NCBI GenBank assembly: GCA_040905465.1
Contig: JBBDRK010000003.1
Location: 1-10,614 of the forward strand
Direction of reading: 5' to 3'
Origin: Trueperaceae bacterium
GTDB taxonomy: Bacteria > Deinococcota > Deinococci > Deinococcales > Trueperaceae
DNA length: 10,614 nt
Part shown: positions 6,952 through 10,614 of the stretch, piece after piece
Layout of the letters: the number at the start of each line of letters is the position of its first letter
Numbering within the stretch: position 1 is the first letter of the stretch
Program-made: the position numbers and the translations under genes
The notes under the pieces: model-generated
Told to the model about the DNA's origin: nothing
Databases searched by the model: none
Seen by the model: the letters and a program-made list of their open reading frames with translations, nothing else

Positions 6952-8601
6952 ATGCGTGACCTGAAGTGCGACATCCTGATAGTAGGCGGCGGCCTCGGAG
7001 GGGTTGCGGGAGCACTGGCCGCCGTGCAGATGGGGCGTACCGTCATCCTCACCGAGGAGACGGAGTGGCTCGGTGGCCAGTTGACTACCCAGGCAGTGCC
7101 GCCCGACGAGCACCCATGGATAGACGAGGTCGGTTGTACCGCCGGTTACCGCACGCTGCGCAGCAAGATCCGCGACTACTACCGGCGCAACTATCCGCTG
7201 AGCGAGAGCAACGCCGGCGATCCGCTGCTGAACCCGGGTATGGGCTTCGTGAGCCCGCTCTGCCACGAGCCGCGGGTGGCGCTGGCCGCTCTGGAGGAGA
7301 TGATCGCGCCCTACCGCGCCAGTCAGGCGCTCAAGGTGATGCTGAGGCTCGCGCCGGTGGCGGTCGAGGTCTCGGGTGACAGGATGACTTCGGTGACTTT
7401 CGAGGAACGGGGCGACGGCGACCCGATGGTGATGACCGCGCCCTTCATCATCGACGCGACCGAGCTCGGCGACCTGCTCGAGCTCGGCGACGTCGAACGG
7501 GTGATCGGTTCGGAGAGCCAGGCCCAGACCGGCGAACCCCACGCGCTTCCAGGAGAGGCCGATCCGCTCGATCAGCAGGCGCACAGCTGGTGCTTCGCCA
7601 TGTCGCACTATCCCGGCGAGGACCACACCATCGAACGCCCGGCCGGTTACGACTTCTGGCGCGACCACCACCCCTCCTACTGGCCGGCCAGGCAGCTCAG
7701 CTGGACCACCAGCAACCCGCTAACACTCGAACCGGAGACCCGCCCGTTGTTCGTGGGCGAGACCGACGAGGAACGGATCAACGATCTGTGGCATTTCCGG
7801 CGCATCCTCTACCGCAAGCACTATCCCCGCGGCGCCTTCGGCAGCGACGTCTCGATCGCCAACTGGCCGCAGCTCGACTACACCCTGGGACCGTTGGTGG
7901 GGGTCTCCGAGGAGGAGCGCCGCAAGCACCTCGCAGGGTCGATGGACCTGAGCCTGTCGATGGTCTACTGGATGCAGACCGAGGCGCCCCGTCACGACGG
8001 CGGTCACGGCTACCCCGGCCTGCAGTTACGGGGCGACATCACCGGCACCCGCCACGGCCTGGCTATGTACCCCTACATACGCGAGTCGAGGCGCATCCGC
8101 GCCGAGTTCACCGTCCTCGAGCAGCACGTGGGCGTGGAGGCGCGCGGCGACCTCGAGGGAGCCGAGGTTTTCGAGGACAGTATCGGAATCGGCAGCTACC
8201 GTATCGACCTTCACCCCAGCACCGGACAGCGCAACTACGTAGACGTGAGCAACTGGCCGTTCCAGATCCCGTTGGGTGCGCTCCTCCCGGTCCGCATAGA
8301 GAACCTGCTGCCCGCCAACAAGAATATCGGCACCACCCACATAACCAACGGCTGTTACCGGTTGCATCCGGTCGAGTGGAACATCGGCGAGGTGGCCGGG
8401 GCGCTGGCGGCCTTCTGCCTCGACGGCGGGCGAGAACCGAGGCAGGTGCGCAACAACGAGCGCCTGTTGGCGCAGTTTCAGACCCTGTTGGTGGAAAGGT
8501 TCGGAGTGGAGTTGCAGTGGCCCAAGTCTGTTCGCATGACCGAGCGGGACTTCCCGTTCGGAACCTGTGACGCGCCGCTGCGCCTGCCGGTGAGGCGGTA
8601 G
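6952..8601 (+). CDS. FAD-dependent oxidoreductase (FAD_oxidored/PF12831-like), substrate unknown, 549 aa
   Basis: N-terminal Rossmann motif DILIVGGGLGGVAGALAA...ILTEETEWLGGQLT; IDATELGDLL, PYIRESRRI, FQIPLGALLP, KNIGTTHITNGCYRLHPVEWNIGEVAG. ATG 6952 is preceded by GAAGGGA (6939-6945). Confidence 0.9.
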   Translation: MRDLKCDILIVGGGLGGVAGALAAVQMGRTVILTEETEWLGGQLTTQAVPPDEHPWIDEVGCTAGYRTLRSKIRDYYRRNYPLSESNAGDPLLNPGMGFVSPLCHEPRVALAALEEMIAPYRASQALKVMLRLAPVAVEVSGDRMTSVTFEERGDGDPMVMTAPFIIDATELGDLLELGDVERVIGSESQAQTGEPHALPGEADPLDQQAHSWCFAMSHYPGEDHTIERPAGYDFWRDHHPSYWPARQLSWTTSNPLTLEPETRPLFVGETDEERINDLWHFRRILYRKHYPRGAFGSDVSIANWPQLDYTLGPLVGVSEEERRKHLAGSMDLSLSMVYWMQTEAPRHDGGHGYPGLQLRGDITGTRHGLAMYPYIRESRRIRAEFTVLEQHVGVEARGDLEGAEVFEDSIGIGSYRIDLHPSTGQRNYVDVSNWPFQIPLGALLPVRIENLLPANKNIGTTHITNGCYRLHPVEWNIGEVAGALAAFCLDGGREPRQVRNNERLLAQFQTLLVERFGVELQWPKSVRMTERDFPFGTCDAPLRLPVRR

Positions 8602-8629
8602 GCGCAAACTACGGCGGCGCGCCCCCAAA

Positions 8630-8803
8630 ATCATCCTGCGAATTGTCAGGCTGCCGGCGCTGCCCGCGCTCAAGGCGACGATGGGTCTGCGCGGAATCGA
8701 CCTCGGGCCAGCCAGGCTGCCGCACCTTCCCCTCGAGGAGGAGCAGTTGCGAGCATTGCGGCACGACCTGCAGACGGCCGAGGAGTCGCTACTGCTCTCC
8801 TAG
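8630..8803 (+). pseudogene. 3' remnant of a dihydrodipicolinate synthase / N-acetylneuraminate lyase (DapA/NanA) family gene
   Basis: My translation from 8630: IILRIVRLPALPALKATMGLRGIDLGPARLPHLPLEEEQLRALRHDLQTAEESLLLS*. It resembles the family C-terminus (K-x-x-M-x-L-x-G-I-D-x-G-P-x-R-L-P-x-x-P-L). In-frame TGA at 8591, so there is no room for the N-terminal barrel. Confidence 0.7.
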
Positions 8804-8846
8804 AACGGCGGCTGTCTCGAAGCAGCGGGCAGTTGCCGCACCTTCC

Positions 8847-8884
8847 AGCCGTCCTCCTTGTGAAAGATGCCAAGGCGGACGGCT
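8847..8884. terminator. Strong inverted repeat / stem-loop (possible terminator, RNA structure or operator)
   Basis: AGCCGTCC-T-CCTTG [loop TGAAAGATGC] CAAGG-C-GGACGGCT: 13 paired bases, one T/C mismatch; only a weak U-rich tail (TTGTCTGT). Confidence 0.5.
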
Positions 8885-8895
8885 TGTCTGTCGCC

Positions 8896-8928
8896 TAGAC
8901 TACAGATGCAATTCCAACTCAATGGAGG
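8896..8928 (+). promoter_or_regulatory. Putative -10 element TAGACT (8896-8901) and Shine-Dalgarno GGAGG (8924-8928) for the peptidase
   Basis: TANNNT-type hexamer in a locally AT-richer stretch; GGAGG 6 nt before ATG 8935. No convincing -35 at 17-bp spacing. Confidence 0.45.
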
Positions 8929-8934
8929 CGGTAA

Positions 8935-10530
8935 ATGGTGAAGCGATTCAGACCATCCGTGCTGCTTTGTGCCCTGGGGGCGTTGGCCTTATTGGCGGCA
9001 TGCACGCAGACCAACGACGAGGCCTTCCAGCAGCTCGGAGCGCAGAGCGACGGGGAACGCTATATCGTAGTCCTGCACGCCGCCCCGACGCCCGCACATC
9101 CGACGCAGAGGCGCGCGGAAGCGGCCGAGGTGGCGCGAGCACACGGGCTCCAGCCAACGCACCTCTACGGCGCCGCGCTCGTCGGTTTCGCGGCCGACGT
9201 GCCGGCCGGAAGACTCGAAGGGCTGCAGCGCGACGCCCGCGTGAACTACGTGGAGCGCGACGCACCGGCCAGCATCTACGCCCAGCAAACGCCAACCGGT
9301 ATCAGCCGCATCTTCGCCGACGGCAACGCCGGCCTGAGCATCGACGGCACCGATGACGCGCGCGTCGACGTCGACGTGGCGGTAATCGACACCGGGGTCG
9401 ACTTCGAGCATCCCGAGCTCAACGTGGTCGGCGGGGTCGACTGCTCCGGCGGCGGTCCGTTCGGCGGCAGCTGCTCAAACGGCGGGGACGACGATCACTA
9501 CCACGGCACTCACGTTGCCGGCACCATCGCCGCCATCGATAACGGTAACGGAGTGGTCGGCGTGGCGCCGGGCGCGCGCGTCTGGGCCGTCAAGGTTCTC
9601 AATCAGAACGGCAGCGGCTACACGTCCTGGATCGTAGCCGGAATCGACTGGGTTGCGGCCAACTCCGACACCATCGAGGTCGCCAACATGAGCCTCGGCG
9701 GCTCGGGCTTCAGTCAGGCGGAGTACGACGCGATCCAGGGCGCGGTCGACGTGGGCGTAGCGTTCGCGGTGGCGGCCGGCAACAGCGACGATGACGCCGC
9801 CAACTACAGTCCGGCTGCCTTCGACAACGTGCTCACGGTCTCGGCACTGGCCGACTTCGACGGCACCGCCGGAGGCAACGGCGGCCCGACTTGCCGCGAC
9901 GATCAGGACGACACCCTGGCCGACTTCTCCAACTGGGGCAGCTCGGTGCAGATCGCCGCTCCCGGCGTCTGCATCCTCTCGACCTACCCGATCGAGCAAG
10001 GCGAGTACGGCACCATCAGCGGCACCTCGATGGCCTCGCCGCACGCGGCCGGGGCGCTGGCGCTGCTGGCCAGCTCCAACAATCCCGCAACGGCTGCCGA
10101 CGTCCACAACCTCTACGACCTGGTGAGCGGCAGCGGCAACTTCGACTGGATCGACGACTCCGGCGACGGCGTTCAGGAACCGTTGCTCGACGTCAGCGAC
10201 AGCACCCTGTACGCGCCGACGATGAGCACCGGGTCCGGTGACGGCGGCGGTGACGGTGGCGGAGACGGCGGCGGTGATGGCGACGTCAGCAGCATCACGT
10301 TGAGCGTCAGCGGCTACAAGGTCAAAGGCGTCCACCACGCCGACCTGACCTGGGACGGCGCGACGACGACCAACGTCGACGTCTTTCGTGACGGCGCCCT
10401 CGTCGTCGCGACTGCCAACGACGGCGCCTACACCGACAACATCGGCAACAAGGGTGGCGGCTCCTACACCTACGAGGTCTGTGAGGAAGGCACGACCACC
10501 TGCTCGGAGAGCGCCACGGTCAACTTCTGA
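8935..10530 (+). CDS. S8A subtilisin-family serine peptidase, predicted lipoprotein, with I9 prodomain and C-terminal beta-rich domain
   Basis: Lipobox LAAC (Cys23, 9001-9003); prodomain ERYIVVL...GFAA...VNYVERD; triad VAVIDTG (Asp 9388-9390), HGTHVAG (His 9502-9504), GTSMASPH (Ser 10027-10029); oxyanion AAGN; ANMSLGG. Confidence 0.96.
   Translation: MVKRFRPSVLLCALGALALLAACTQTNDEAFQQLGAQSDGERYIVVLHAAPTPAHPTQRRAEAAEVARAHGLQPTHLYGAALVGFAADVPAGRLEGLQRDARVNYVERDAPASIYAQQTPTGISRIFADGNAGLSIDGTDDARVDVDVAVIDTGVDFEHPELNVVGGVDCSGGGPFGGSCSNGGDDDHYHGTHVAGTIAAIDNGNGVVGVAPGARVWAVKVLNQNGSGYTSWIVAGIDWVAANSDTIEVANMSLGGSGFSQAEYDAIQGAVDVGVAFAVAAGNSDDDAANYSPAAFDNVLTVSALADFDGTAGGNGGPTCRDDQDDTLADFSNWGSSVQIAAPGVCILSTYPIEQGEYGTISGTSMASPHAAGALALLASSNNPATAADVHNLYDLVSGSGNFDWIDDSGDGVQEPLLDVSDSTLYAPTMSTGSGDGGGDGGGDGGGDGDVSSITLSVSGYKVKGVHHADLTWDGATTTNVDVFRDGALVVATANDGAYTDNIGNKGGGSYTYEVCEEGTTTCSESATVNF
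10237..10284 (+). repeat. Coding 12-bp tandem repeat, (GDGG)x3 + GDGD flexible linker
   Basis: ggtgacggcggc ggtgacggtggc ggagacggcggc ggtgatggcgac, between the catalytic and C-terminal domains. Confidence 0.85.
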
Positions 10531-10569
10531 ACGCAATGACCCATTGAACCTGATGCTCTGCTGAGCGAC

Positions 10570-10587
10570 CTGCCGCGCTGACGGCAG
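10570..10587. terminator. Small GC hairpin downstream of the peptidase, within a longer imperfect inverted repeat
   Basis: CTGCCG-cgctga-CGGCAG; flanking CCTGA (10549-10553) and TCAGG (10595-10599) can also pair; no poly-U tail. Confidence 0.3.
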
Positions 10588-10614
10588 CAGCAGTTCAGGC
10601 TGAGCGGCTCCCGA

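Noticed and set aside
8601..8840. Possible c-di-GMP-I riboswitch (GGCGCAAAC at 8601; GCAGCGGGCAGTTGCC at about 8822-8837)
   Set aside because: The pieces are over 200 nt apart, the GAAA-tetraloop stem and CTAA receptor are missing, and the intervening DNA is explained as a gene remnant.
8643..9356. 237-aa plus-strand ORF across the intergenic region
   Set aside because: It overlaps the peptidase out of frame and is Arg-rich without motifs; the meaningful frame here is the DapA/NanA-like remnant.
10237..10284. Shared origin of the peptidase linker repeat and the 5' repeat (both contain GGTGACGG with 12-nt period)
   Set aside because: Gly-Asp-Gly codons explain the similarity; there is no flanking homology or mobile-element signature.

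Overview
GC-rich bacterial window (roughly two-thirds G+C by eye) with all credible genes on the + strand. 1-6871 is the distal part of an irregular (group 3-like) Mrp/Mnh cation:proton antiporter operon: a DUF4040+MnhB subunit, mrpC, three tandem MrpA/MrpD (NuoL/M/N-like) subunits and mrpE, mostly joined by GTGA/ATGA stop-start overlaps. mrpF and mrpG are not in the window. Next come an uncharacterised FAD-dependent oxidoreductase (6952-8601), an unannotated 3' remnant of a DapA/NanA-family aldolase gene (about 8630-8803), a strong hairpin and promoter-like region, and a lipoprotein subtilisin (S8) with I9 prodomain, (GDGG)n linker and a small C-terminal beta domain (8935-10530). Notable oddities: mrpE seems to lack a canonical start (ACG behind a strong SD), a 35-codon ORF bridges two antiporter genes by double overlap, a (DGHG)n repeat lies in frame upstream of the MnhB gene, and the third antiporter-like subunit lacks the conserved TM5 glutamate. 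Family assignments come from motif recognition, not database searches. I see no clear evidence for a wholly new system.
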